Positions 26,788 through 40,451 are shown, counted from the stretch's first letter. The stretch: DNA of 64,000 nt from Octopus bimaculoides (GCF_001194135.2 NC_068995.1:55023630-55087629); one strand, 5' to 3'. Notes: a model not told the origin generated them from the sequence alone. Translations and numbers: made by a program.

Positions 26788-27194
26788 TGAAGTGAGAAAA
26801 ATCATAATAATAGAAATGATAATAATGGCAGTATTAATAATATCAATAATAATTGTCATTTTTTATGATATATGTGGAGGAAAGTTTTGTGTACAATCAT
26901 ACACGAACATTGAAATCTAATATTTGTGCAATAATGTCGTTGCTTTTTTTCTTTTGTCACCAATGTTGTTGTCGATTTTCTATTATTCTTAATATATATT
27001 TATTGTATTTCCCCGTGATAGTGTTGGAATTGAGACAAGAAACAAAAAATACAATCTTGCAAAAATATTCGTTGCTTAAAACCGCAATCAATATGAGCTT
27101 CGTTTTATGGTTAACGAAAGCTAAACAAATAACAAAAGAAAAAACATTTTTCTCTTTAATACATACACAGCTATACAATATACATGTATATGTA

Positions 27195-27209
27195 AATGTA
27201 TACATAAGA

Positions 27210-27286
<77 letters not shown>

Positions 27287-27355
27287 CATATGTATCTATA
27301 TTTATACATACATGTACATTCACATGTATATATGTATATACGTATGTATATATAT

Positions 27356-27412
<57 letters not shown>
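27195..27412. repeat. Compound (AT)n/(ATGT)n/(GT)n microsatellite
   Basis: Read directly. Confidence 0.95.
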
Positions 27413-27414
<2 letters not shown>

Positions 27415-28030
27415 ATTTATATGTCCGTATGTATATATGCATGTATATACGAAAGTATTCACACAGACACACAGACACACACGTTAAAGCAATCATATAC
27501 ATATATAGTTTGAAGCGTGGAGCGTTGATAGATTAAATGTGTCGATGACTGGTTTTTCATCAACTGTCTCGTTCCTTTTTCACTTTTGTCTTCGCTAATG
27601 GGAAAACACATCAAACTATTTAATACTTTCCAACGTGAGAGAGTTGTTATCGTCTTCATTAAGCCCCAGGTCACCAATTATCGGGCAAATCTTAGATCAA
27701 AGGTGTATTCAGACATTTTTATATCTGTCTGTACTTTCCAATATATCATAAAGTTTTAATAAGAATTGAGGGAACATTAGCTGCTTTTCCTAATATATCC
27801 ACTATTCAAACAAATAGTCACTCGTTCGTGTAGCGTGGATTAGTTTTGGTCGCTGGTAGTTCAAACCAGATGTGTTGTTATTTAGAAAACCTATAAGAAA
27901 GTTCGTTCCAGTCACGACACCCCCACCAATGTTCTGAGGAAGTGTATCATCGACTTCATTCGGCGATTATCTAATATTTTATAGCTTGTATTTTAAGGAT
28001 GACACCGTGGTTTATAGTGCATGTATGTGG

Positions 28031-28252
28031 CTCATCGAACTCAACTGGACAGCCAGAACGTGGTGCGTCTTTAATGTCAAAATTTCCATTTTTTAAATTG
28101 GCATACTAATCACGAGCAGTTTTTTCACCTATGGCACCCTCTCCATACACAGCACAAATGTTGCGAGCAGCTTTTGCGACCGTAGAACCTTGATTGAAAG
28201 CAAAAAGAAGGAGGTGTCGAAATTGCTCGTTTTTCTTAACTTGACATTCCAT
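28031..28252 (-). mobile_element. Mariner transposase N-terminal remnant
   Basis: MECQVKKNEQFRHLLLFAFNQGSTVAKAARNICAVYGEGAIGEKTARD*YANLKNGNFDIKDAPRSGCPVEFDE, i.e. the mariner HTH with G.F.L.D.PRSGRP motif. Confidence 0.9.
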
Positions 28253-29089
28253 TTTAATGATCTGAAAATAAACAAAAAATAACTAAAATTAACTAAAAGA
28301 AAAAAGAGGAAAACCGTAATAATAAAATGGCTCCGAATCAATGGTACACCAAAATTCCTGACGACATCCACACACGAATATGAAAAGCTGTAAAGAGCTC
28401 ATACTGATATTTATATGTTCTCTGGTTCAAAGTCTTCCCTTTTGTATGACTCTGGCCTCAGTATGTTCATGAACAAGTTCTAGACATAGAGTATACCAGG
28501 CCGTCCGTCATAAGTCGCTGTACACGCACTAGCACACACACAAAAGCACACACACACACGAACACAGGTATGTCTACTCATGTATGGATACATGCATAGA
28601 CGGAGACGCAATCAGAGACGTATATGTAGATACAGTCACAGTCCTAACGTTGCATCTACGTGCTTATCTACATAAACGCTGACTCAGACACACAGCCATA
28701 TAGAGGGGCAAATTCACGTGTATAAACAATTGCAGTATTCGGATATAACACATTGTTCATAATTTAATTAGTGCAATAATTATAGTGTTTAATTCAACTG
28801 TATCAAGCTGACAAAACACCGAAGTTTATCGTATCTCATTAGTGTTAAATTTGTCGCCTGTGTAATTGTGGAAAGTGCGATAACTCCTGTGTGCAAAACA
28901 TCCCTAATTCATTTAGTTCATCGAGTAATTGATTACTGTTATCTAAGGAAAATTCCAAGCTATTTTTGATGTGGACATGCAAAGCCGTACTTTTTTCACC
29001 CAGTAGGTAGTAGAGACCATTCGAAACAATAGGTAATTTTACTATCATATACAGGATGGATATACGTATTTCAGGAGCGAAGTCTTCAA

Positions 29090-29440
29090 AATAATAATTT
29101 GTGTTCTAGAAAACACGTCAATTCATAGCGATAATCACTTTTACGTGATTCGTTGTCGACCCTTTTTGCCTGCACTATGCATTTATACACTGCTTTGGTT
29201 TGTACGCAGTGCTCATCCCGAGATAATTCTGCAGGGTTTCTACAGTTTATATCTCGATGCTGAGATTCCGCTGGCACAGCAAGTTCGGTAGAAGAATATC
29301 ATGGTTGAAGGCTCCAGAACTACTCGCGATGGTGGTGTTCCTCATAATTCTACTACCTTTCTAGCAATTTCCAGAATGAGGGTCTTTATAGCAGCATTCA
29401 TTAGATCTAGCTTTATTGTGGTTCGGAATGGCATTTGTGT
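29090..29440 (-). mobile_element. Possible Penelope-like element remnant (RT thumb / GIY-YIG linker)
   Basis: RTTIKLDLMNAAIKTLILEIARKVVE and INCRNPAELSRDEHCVQTKAVYKCIV resemble the Penelope motifs R.TIKLSYSCMPN....I..HN.K.L and CNCR....CPL.G.C....V.YK..V. Heavily decayed. Confidence 0.4.
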
Positions 29441-29592
29441 GTTTATTGTGGTAGGAGTTGGCTGGTATTTAAATAGAAGTGTGAAAGTGTACAATTATAT
29501 TGACATAGATTAGAGATGCACTTTAATTTGATTTTTGTAGAGCTAGTTTTTTTGTCTTGTTTTTTTTTTTTTCCATATGCATTGTTGTTATT

Positions 29593-29735
29593 AGCCGGTG
29601 AAGTGGCAGAACTGCGAAAGCACCGGATACAACGTTTAACATCATTTCTTCCGGCTCTTCTAAGTTATAAGTTATAATCACGCTGACATCCATTTTGCCT
29701 TTTCACCGTTTCGCAATCGGTAAAACATATTACCT
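29593..29735 (+). mobile_element. SINE family A copy (old)
   Basis: GGTGAAGTGGCAGAA...GCACCGGA...CATTTCTTCCGGCTC...TTTTGCCTTTTCACCGTTTCG. Confidence 0.6.
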
Positions 29736-29787
29736 ATCAAACACTGGTGTGGATATAAGGGACTAACCTCCTGCGTAAAATTATTTT

Positions 29788-29980
29788 GCTGGCACAATGT
29801 TGGCCTGCTGGGTAACATGGTTAGCGGCATTTCGTCCGTCTTTCCGCGCTGAGTTCAAATTCTGCTGAGGTCGAGTTTCTCTTTTATCCTTTCGGGGTCG
29901 ATAAAATAAGTTCCAATTGAGTCGATATAATCGATTTACCCCTCCCCCGAAAATATTGGTACTGTGCCAAAATTTGAATC
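29788..29980 (+). mobile_element. SINE family A copy
   Basis: GCGGCATTTCGTCCGTCTTT..GCTGAGTTCAAATTCTGCTGAGGTCGA...ATCCTTTCGGGGTCGATAAAATAAG; (TTA)n tail. Confidence 0.85.
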
Positions 29981-30066
29981 CATGATTATTATTATTATTA
30001 TTATTATTATTATCATCATCATTATTATTATTATTTTTATTATTACTTTTATCATCATCATCATTA

Positions 30067-30270
30067 AAGCAGTGAGCAGGCAGAATTGTTAGCACGCTTA
30101 GCTGTATGTTGTCCGTTGCTACGTTTTGAGTCCAAATTCTTCCGAGGTCGACTTTGCCTTTCATCCTTTCGGGGTCATTCAACAAAGTACACGTTGAACA
30201 AGTGGGTACATGTAATTGACTGGCTCACTGTTCCAAGATTTCAGGTCTTGTCCCTGTAGTAGAAAGGATT
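30067..30270 (+). mobile_element. SINE family A copy
   Basis: GGCAGAATTGTTAGCACG...CAAATTCTTCCGAGGTCGACTTTGCCTTTCATCCTTTCGGGGTC; (TTA)n tail. Confidence 0.85.
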
Positions 30271-30558
30271 ATTATTATTATCATAAATATGTTAGGAAAA
30301 TCGTGATTTTCTGGGACTTTTTAACTGTTTGCCTCACTGATTCTGCCGGTTCCTTGCTAGTACATGATTGTATGGATAGTGAAGTTATGAAGCATATAAC
30401 TGAACTTGTTGTATTTCATCATGATAGAAATGATCGAGATTAGGATATAGTAAGCATATTGTATTCAAAAATATAGTAGATGCTGAAATTTGTTACATCA
30501 TCCACCTGATAATAATGAATGCTGATTAATATAGGTATATAACGTTTGTTTAGACATG

Positions 30559-30648
30559 AGTAGAAGTCATTTATCTCAGGTTCCAACTTGTGGAATTGAA
30601 ACTAGGACCATGTGTTTAGGGAGTAAACCTCTTACCACGCGGCCACAC
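30559..30648 (-). mobile_element. tRNA-derived SINE head (family C)
   Basis: Minus strand GTGTGGCCGCGTGGTAAGAGG...CACATGGTCCTAGTTTCAATTCC; homologous to 54560-54645. Confidence 0.65.
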
Positions 30649-30944
30649 TTATGCCCATAACTGATAGATATTTATATGATGTACAATACATAATTTAACG
30701 TTCTACAAAAATCCATATAATTTCTTTATATCGCATGCAAAGACAAACTTAGTTTAAGCCATTCAGTATCTTTTAATATCAGTAAATCTTTATTAATTTC
30801 TTCGAGGCAATGCGATTGTTAAACTACATATTCGTGCATTACATATTTAATGTAAATGTAATATTTCATAAACTATAATCCATTGAGTGATTGTTTCACA
30901 CACATGTATACTCACACAATACACACAAACACACTCGCACATAC

Positions 30945-31048
<104 letters not shown>

Positions 31049-32069
31049 TCTCTGTGTATGTATGTGTTTGAAATTGATGCAGGTCAATATTAAATGCAGC
31101 TTACATGCTAGCATTCCAATATAGTAACTTGTAATTTGGATGAACTCTATTCTAGACTTTCCTGCTGATAACTTCTAATTAATTTTCAACATTATCAGTT
31201 ATGCCGATAATTTATAAAGTTAACGTCCGGTTATCTAAAATGCCGAAAGCGATCAATCATCTAACAATTGCCACAGGCGCAATAAATACCGAACAAATTA
31301 AATACATAATAGGCAACACAATAAAACGTCTAAGAATCTAATGCATTACAAATCACCCCAGAGTTGTAAGTGAGATATCGCTAGTCATGATATAATCTCA
31401 ACATATAAATGTTTATTTAAAGTTTTCGTGCAAGTCAGAACAATGACATTAATCATGTCTTGCAGTCAATGCTACAAACTGCAAGAAAGGAAAGTTTCTG
31501 ATGAATACTATAGAATACATTTCAGAAAACGGAATGAAATTTCGCAGGAAAATGTTTAAATTGGTAATAGTGTATCCAATAACGATATAAATGCAGGAAT
31601 TTCTAAAGACATATGAATGAGAAATCTTTATGATAAATAGTCCGTTTTCATGATATACCCTAAACTATATTTGAAACATCCGAAACGGTATCTTTCTTTT
31701 CTGGCAAATGCACCGGCTTACTCTTTATTTTAGCTATTATGTCTGTATCTTTACAAACACACATTTTCTCTCTCGCTGAATATATGCTTATATGTGCTTG
31801 TCTGCATAAATACGTACATACATACATACAGCTGATTCGAAAACTGCAGGTCCAATCCATCACTGGAATTGTAAAATCTGTAAAACGTCTCAGAAGTTTA
31901 GCATTTAAGTATATATGAACATGTCTACATATGCAAGCATGAGATTACACACATAACAAAAAACAAATCTGCACATGTATATACGTACTTCTAACTGGGA
32001 TCTCAGTTGGAAATTAGCTCTTTCTCCATTGGCTAGAATTCATGAAATACAAATCAATAATCACGCACG

Positions 32070-32124
<55 letters not shown>

Positions 32125-32242
32125 ACACACACATATATATATATATTGATAGGAAGGACAACAAAAGAAAGATAGAGACCTCGATATCATTTAAATAGAA
32201 GAATTTATCTGTAAAAATATGTGACACTTATTCGGTATCTAT

Positions 32243-32303
32243 GATAAAACTTCGAGTTTCAGATGCCGAGGCGGAAACCCACGCCACTATCTCTTCAGTT
32301 ATC
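32243..32303 (-). ncRNA. Candidate type I hammerhead ribozyme motif
   Basis: GAUAA-CUGAAGA-[GAU..hairpin..AUC]U-GAAA-CU(CGA)AG-UU-UUAUC: intact core, 5-bp stem I, 3-bp stem III, GUU cleavage triplet, and one extra U before G12. Confidence 0.4.
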
Positions 32304-32843
32304 TGGCCATTGAAAATTCCTATGAAAATGACCGTCAAACAAAGGGAAATTACTGCGTGGTCGACCGTTATTAAGAGGGTGGATCAGTACGTACTTATAG
32401 GCGCCNNNNNNNNNNNNNNNNNNNNNNNNNNNNNNNNNNNNNNNNNNNNNNNNNNNNNNNNNNNNNNNNNNNNNNNNNNNNNNNNNNNNNNNNNNNNNNN
32501 NNNNTATATATACTGATTCTGAATAAAGCGTTAGTAGTGTGCTTGAAAAACATAATGCTGAAGATATATGTAGGGACAAACTGCGCATAGAAATTTTTAA
32601 AAGGTTGATTTCGTGCAATCATATTTAGTGCCATGAACTTGAAATTGCTAATTACAATTATAAATGTACACTAAATACATTGCCATTATACTCAACAACC
32701 AAGTCTGCTCAAGGAAGGTAGGTGAGACAATTCTAAAATTTTAATTGAAGATATATATATACAGTCCTACATGGAGTATGTTTTATCAACTGACTCAGAT
32801 GAGGCTGATTTTCCATAATATGAAGAGACAGTTTTCTTGTATG

Positions 32844-32886
<43 letters not shown>

Positions 32887-34461
32887 CGTGGTTGGCAATA
32901 TGAAGATACTATAAATTTGTTAAGGGACGACACGCTTACGAAATTGAAAGTGTCTTGAGCTGAAGCGTATCTCGCGTGTGTCACTCTATTATGCGACCGA
33001 AATCGCATTGAAATGGCAAAATTAGTCAAAAATATGGGACTGAATTTCGGTTAGAACATCATTAATGATAGCATATATTGAACAAAATCTAATACCTACT
33101 CTTTAAAGCAGTTGTTTAAATCCGTAGTGTCAGAATTTTATATTGATATAGAAAACAATATATGAACGTGATTGTCTTTCTTCATTTAATAAGGTGAACT
33201 GACACAAATAGACTATAAATATAAAGTGAACTATATTAGTTTTTCGACCTGATTCGGAATATATGTCCAAAGAGATGCATTTTTTTCATGAAACAATATC
33301 ATTTCTGATTCCCCAAATGAATACAGATGTATCAAACGTATGCAGGGAATTACATTGAGATACTACTATATTTCAATACTGAAATATATAATTATTAATC
33401 TGTCGGAAATGTCAGAAATGGAATAATATATAGTAGTGGAAATTGCTCCTAATTGTGCATTACTATGGCTGTATTCACGATGTAACTCGGTAGTTGAGGC
33501 TTGGTATTCATTTTACTTGAATTTCCCAGTAAATACAAGTGCATAAATAGGGTTGATTGCGAGTAGAACAAATCAATAAAATGTTGATTTTAATATAATG
33601 TCCATATAATTATAATTCATGTTTCATTACTCAAATCGGTTGCTCGAAATAACAAATTTAATATATATTTCAAATGTTTATTTATGCTAATAATAATCGG
33701 TTATATATCATACGCATCCGTGACTTGGAATACGCATAAAAATCATTGATATTTCAAAATTATACATCACAAAATTATAAATCACGAACTTATGAAAACA
33801 TTGGCTGAAATGATAGCATTTGATAATATAGAACATCATATGAATTCCCTAGTTTCCAACTTGTTCTGAGTATTTGAAACTTTATTTACAGTGTTAATTT
33901 TCTTTCAATTTGGCAATAAACACGCATGGACAAAAACATCAGAAACTGTTTTCATTTCCTCATATTCGTTACTATTTAAACTTAAACTCTTAGTGTTTCC
34001 GGGTAAATTAATGCTCCAAAACATAAGAACAATTTAAACGTGCTGATATCTGCTTTTCAGCTTTGATTTTGATCAAATAATGTGCGTCAACATTTAAACA
34101 ACCATTTCCTGTCATTCCTTTAAACCGTCCTCCCAATATTGTTGGGTTTAATGTAGAGAATACACCATTGCTTATTCTATTAAAAGTAGTTGGAGAACAA
34201 TGTATTTGATTAAAAGACAAGTTTTGTAATGTTTCAACTAACTTTTACGTTAATCCATTTGGTGTTCATTGCTTGTGCCTCGTTGAAGTTGATCTGTCAT
34301 TCAGGTTCTTTAAATGTTCAAAAGTTCATCAAATTCTATTTTTACAAAGAGTTCATTGGATCTACATACGATATTCCGGTGTCTTATTTTACAATAACTT
34401 ACCTTCCTTTGCCTATTTCAGTACGCATAACGGAGGGTTTAAGAAGACGGCGCATACACTA

Positions 34462-34464
<3 letters not shown>

Positions 34465-34537
<73 letters not shown>

Positions 34538-34567
34538 TCTCTCTCTCTTTCTCACTCTCTTTCTCTC
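34465..34567. repeat. (CT)n microsatellite
   Basis: Read directly. Confidence 0.95.
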
Positions 34568-34589
34568 TATCCATCTTTTTCTAGCGCTC

Positions 34590-34990
34590 ACTATGTTTTC
34601 ACATTCAGCCAGGCATCTTCGGTTCTATTCATTTATATCTTCCAACCCGTCTCTAGTTAGTCTCCCCTTTTCTCGTCTCCCCGTTTCTCCTCCCATTAGG
34701 ATCTTTGTGTGTGTATAGTATCTGGGTGCTGTTAACATTCCCGAAATATTGCAGCTTTCTCTTCCTGACAGATACCAATAATTCTCTTTCGGAGCCCAGT
34801 TCCTCAGATACTGACTCGTTCGTTCAGAGATCACTCCAGCAGATCCCAACTGCTCTTCGGTATCACGCCGTGTCAAAATCTTTGAGTTTGGCGGTCAGTT
34901 TGCACAAGAAGCTTTCTCCTGCAATATTGTATTTAGAGGTTATAAGGCTAATCATGATTACCTTGGCGGCCTGTTCAAATGTAATGCCTT
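34590..34990 (-). mobile_element. RTE-clade LINE 3' ORF remnant
   Basis: GESFL...LKDFDTA*YRRAVGICWSDL*TNESVSEELGSERELLVSVRKRKLQYFGNV, then after a frameshift ILMGGETGRREKGRLTRDGLEDINE. Matches the RTE C-terminus (WCYRR.LRISW....TNE.V...RKL.YFGH...G.R.RGRP..RW.DDI). Confidence 0.85.
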
Positions 34991-35119
34991 CGAATATATT
35001 GGAAGTTGGGTTGCTCTGAAATGTCTGTCGCTGCTTTCTTTTCTAATGATATATAGCCTCCATTAATCAATGAAACTTTTTGGGAAACAGCCGTGGGGAA
35101 TTGATATATACATACATAT

Positions 35120-35158
<39 letters not shown>

Positions 35159-36616
35159 TGTGTGTGTGTGTATGTGCGTGTGTGTGTATGTGTGTGTGTT
35201 CACTAAGCGTAATAAGTAAGACTTGAAAAGTGTACTGTAATGGTTTAACATACGATACATGATGTCAACTCTACTCTGAAATGTGAACAATCTGGTTACA
35301 TTATAATATAAAATCAGTATGTGAGAAAAACTTTAGAATTTCCCTGCCCAGACACCAATGTTGATGTAATTCATGAGGTTCAGAAAATTTGCCCGATCAC
35401 TAGGCGGTCACATACGGTATTTTGGAACATTTGAAATGTAAGTAATATTTGTTAATTGAATCATATCATTTTCGTCTGCGTGTGTAAAACAACAACGCTA
35501 AATTCGTTTGTTAATTAAACAGGTATATTTTCGATTTGAATATATAGCTGAACAATGATAAATATTCTGGGAATAGTTCAATTAATTTGCCTTTAATCTT
35601 TTTTGTGGTATCATTATAATAATATACCTGTCAAATATTTGTGGCGATTCCGTCGAGTATATTCTCTAGCAACCATAAAAAAGATATATAATATGATACT
35701 TGTATGAGAAATCAATATTGTTTTATATATAAACTGATACTTGTTTCATTTAAGGATTTTTCTTTTGATAAATCAATCAAGCTCTAATCGATCCCTCGTG
35801 ATGTGTATATAAATAGCGTATTTCTGTGAGTTATTTCTCATCGGCATTTATATTAGTAACAGCTATTTCTTTCAGTCTGAGTAATATAATTAATATATTG
35901 TTGGGGTAATATTGATGAAAGAAAGTAACGTTGACTTTGAAAATGGGAAACAGCATTTAGCAAGGCTCCCTCTCAAGTTTGTGATGTATGAACAGGGTAA
36001 AATTAATGAATAAATAACTCTGGCAAGTCGTAAACAAATCGGCTAATCGGATTTAGAGTAATTCGACTTGAAATTGACATGTGATCATTTGTGTTCTCTG
36101 AAAATAGCATCCTGAATAAGACCTTGATAATTGTGAAAGTAACAATAGAAATAAATCAGCTGGTATTGCACAAAAATCTTGTCTAATGTTATATTTCAGC
36201 TCCAAGTTAAAAGACGTATACGCACATACATACAAACGCTACATACAAACAAGCATACACCATTATGTAACAAAAGTGGATTGGTAGAAACGTCTGTCAA
36301 AAAAAAATATCTTCCGCATTTCATTCCCAGTAGAAGATTATGAATAGAGTGGTGTAGTAAATACTTCGAATGTATATGTGTCCGTATATATGTTTCTGAA
36401 TTTTCTTCTCCGCGATAAAATATTAATAAGCCCATTCATTCAAAATTGTTAAGCAAGTATCAAACAGAATTAGACATCGCACAAAAAATATTCCAAGAAT
36501 ACTTTACAAATGGCGAAAAAATTTAAGGAATGTGTTGCGTTACATGCATATCTTATAATAATTGTGCTTGTCATTCTGTAACTTTGCGCGTCCCTAACGG
36601 TTCCATGTAATCAGGT

Positions 36617-36727
36617 GAAGGGAAGGGGAAGGGAAGGAGATGAGGGGGATAAGGGGATAAGGGGAAGAGGAAAAGGGGGGGGTCTAGAGAAAAGGGAAGA
36701 TGTGTGAGATGGGGAAAGGGGCGGGGT
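36617..36727 (+). repeat. G-rich purine tract with G-quadruplex-type runs
   Basis: GGGAAGGGGAAGGG...GGGGGATAAGGGGATAAGGGG...GGGGGGG...GGGGAAAGGGGCGGGG. Confidence 0.7.
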
Positions 36728-38180
36728 AGTGATGGAGATGTACTAGTTTCTTAACTTAGTTTTTCTCCGTTATTTAGCCCGTCTGTAACGCTTTCACGGG
36801 ATTAGTTGAAGGGAAATGCTAAGAGCGAAGGAAAACGGAGTGAGAAAGGAAGAGGGATTATTCTGTGTATCAAGTCTACAAAATTGGGCATAAAGTATAT
36901 AAAGTGTATATATAAAATGCATTGATATCATCGTATTCCAATTTTCTTCACTTTTCAATGATTAGAAAATGAGCGACTATTTTTTTGATAGAGACGCAAC
37001 ACAAGCTACACTTTCAGGCTTTTTGGATAAAGTTTTCAAAACAATAAGTTTACCATTAATTCTGTGAAATATTCACGGGTCCCGCTAATATATATATATG
37101 AGTGTGAAGGAATTTATACATTTGTATATAATTATGCAGATATTCAACATTCATTAATTTCAAATTCAAATTTACATGTTATGTTGAACCATGTTTCGTT
37201 GTCAGTATTGGAATATTTAATGAAAATTTTGATTTACACATATGCCATTCATATTATATAAACTGAAGCATTTTGATAGCGTTACAATGTTAATATTTAT
37301 GATAAAATGACGCACAATTTTCTTTCAGCGCTTTATATCAGAAGAAAGCGAGTGAATGAAGAAAATAGCGTAAGTAATATCACATCTTACCTTTGGCTAT
37401 ATAATCGTGGATGTTTATTGTTTAATTTGAAACAATGTTTTCAAGTTCACGTCATAATATATTCCATGATATCAGGATATTGCTTTCGGACAAGCAATTT
37501 GGATGGAGTAATATTCAGTAATATTTAAAAACTGATGTTAGATTTGATGCAGATATATGTGATTGCTTCACAAATATTGTCGGGATTAAATCAACGATAT
37601 CAATTCAATTTCATCTACACACACTAAGCTGCAGAATTTAGTTTTAAAATTATCAAGTGTGATGTATTTCGTGGATTATTTTTAATCAATTACTGCATCA
37701 GTGAGCAACGACAACTCAATCGCAAAGCGCAGATTAGCGCAACATTCTGGATGTTGAACAGTCGTTTCCCGTCTCTGTTCGTAGATTGTCAAATATTTAC
37801 ATGGTGAGATGCTTAAGAAAAAATGCTAAAACAGGTACACACACACACATACGCTCACGCACATGCACAGAAACGCCAGGAGAAAACCTCAGTTGCTTGA
37901 AGTATCCCCCCTTGCCCTCGTCGTAAAATCGTTTCCTACCAGATTTGCTCAAATCACTGTCTGCTAATAAAGATGTAATCAATCTTTATGCGGAATATTA
38001 CAACTGTGCCCTACAATGTGCCGGCACCACCGTAGGGACAAACACAGACACAAACCTACAAAGAGACATATACGTACATGTACGACGGACTTCATTCAGT
38101 TTCTATCTGCGAGATCCACTGACAAGGCACATATATACATACATATACATGAATGTGTGTATCTGTGTATGTATGTTTGC

Positions 38181-38320
38181 GAAGGTGCATGGCTGAGTGG
38201 TTAAATTATCGTTAATTATGGGATCCTAAGTTCGATTCCCAGACCGAGCTGTGTGCTGTGTTCATGATCATGACACTGTATCTCATGTTGCTCCAGTTTA
38301 CGCAGCTGTAGAAATGAGCA
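38181..38320 (+). mobile_element. tRNA-derived SINE family B, 5' half
   Basis: TGGCTGAGTGG (A box), AGTTCGATTCCC (B box), GTTGCTCCAGTTTACGCAGCTG body shared with 3019-3262. Confidence 0.7.
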
Positions 38321-38651
38321 GCTTTCTCCCCCCGCCTCTCTCTCTCTGTCTCCGTCACATTCTCTCCCTCACTCTTATCCCTGTCTTTCTGTTTGTCTCT
38401 CTTTCTCTCCATCTCACTCCCTTTTCCTCCCCTTCTTTATTTAACGAGTTATCCCAGAAAAACTTCCATGTGCTTCATCATATTTTGCTAATATGTATAT
38501 GAAAAGATAACTCCGTATCTTATTAGTTCCATGCCACCACAGTCTTAGACTTCCGGATTGCAACCACCGATGGCAACACAGTGGCGGAAGCCATTAGAAT
38601 CACAACAGAATAGCATTAGAGATGCTTACTGATTGATGTAGTTTTGTACAA

Positions 38652-38693
<42 letters not shown>

Positions 38694-38812
38694 TTTCTCT
38701 CTCTCTCTCACTCTCTCTCTTATTTATGCACGCAATTTTAAATATATATATGTGTATGTCTGTGTGTACCTATGTATTCATACACACACACACACATATA
38801 TATATTTAAGTG

Positions 38813-38845
<33 letters not shown>

Positions 38846-40451
38846 AGCGTGTATGAATACATACGTACACACACGCACACACACNNNNNNNNNNNNNNNN
38901 NNNNNNNNNNNNNNNNNNNNNNNNNNNNNNNNNNNNNNNNNNNNNNNNNNNNNNNNNNNNNNNNNNNNNNNNNNNNNNNNNNNNNNNNNNNNNNNNNNNN
39001 NNNNNNNNNNNNNNNNNNNNNNNNNNNNACACACACACACACATATATATATTTAGAAGCTTATTTAAAGAAATTCTATTATCGAAAAAGTAAATCTGTA
39101 CTTTTCTCGGATTCATTACGCATATCAATTCAAATTATTCGTTAGATATACCTTCATAATGGGCAACTTCACATATAGATTGATTATTTGTATCTTTGAT
39201 TTTAGATTCCATTGTATGTTCGTACGTTCGAGTCTTCAAACGTTGTTTTAATGGATACGAAATTTCAGTGTTAAGCGCTGAAAGATTTTGATCTTAATGT
39301 ACACAGACTTGTATGCATTTTAACAGGAAATTTCAAAGATAAAATTTATCAGTAATGCTTGAATTAAGAAAGGTTGATGAAGAAACGTAATTATATAAAC
39401 GTAAGCAAACACATATACCTTTACACAGAGGTGTATTACCTGTAAAAATGTTCACTCTTTATACATGAATGTATTCATAGTGAAGCAGAACCTACGTAAA
39501 TAAATGATCTCTACACTTTAACAAGCTGGTTAAATTTAGAAAGAAAATATTTCAACGAAAAATGATAACAATGAATTTTAATTAACGTGGAATTTCAAAC
39601 GTGCATTTGTCTATTATATATCTTTAAGAGTTCAATGGGAAGCAAATTTCATTAATGTTTCATACAATTTATTCATAACCTTTCTGAAGAAAAAAAAAAT
39701 CATAATTAACTGAATGCTTTCGATAGAATTATTTGCTATGCGGGTACAGCATATTATCTAGTATCGTTACCTTTTTGAACAGAAAACGGATTTCTTTAAT
39801 GATGCGATCCTTGAGCAATTCCGTGTCAATGCGTATTTTAATACACGTAATTAACACCTGAAAGAGATGTTCTCTATAAGATAATTAATATCGTTTTCGT
39901 ATTTAGAATTTGCTGCTTATCTTTCATCCTCTTATTACAAGTTAGAATTCTGTTTTGTGATACATTGTGTATTTCTTTAAGAAATTACCAAAGAATTGCC
40001 CGTTGCATAACATTTTTATTTTCTTCATAAAATGTTAGCTGCAATCATACATCAATAAGCAACGACTGTTCAGGTCATAAATTTCGATATTGTTAGAAAT
40101 AAACTAGGAATTTTGTTGACTTTAAATGTTACGACTGCTACTTTCAAAGAAACATGTTCACACATATCTTCTCATATATGATATAGCATGACAAGAATAA
40201 TAAAGATAAGGATGAGTATGCGGTAGAAAGAAAGCGCTAAAGCATGATTATCAACATCGACATCATTACCATTGTTACCACTGTCGTATACGTCTTGAAT
40301 ATTATCCTCATCATCATGCTGTCGACAAACCTTTAGAAAAGCATTGTTAATGTCTCTCTTATTATAATAAAAGTGATACAATATACGAGAGTTATCGCGT
40401 TGGATTGATTTCAAATCGCGAACGAACCCAAATAAGTTTTGTATTTCATAC

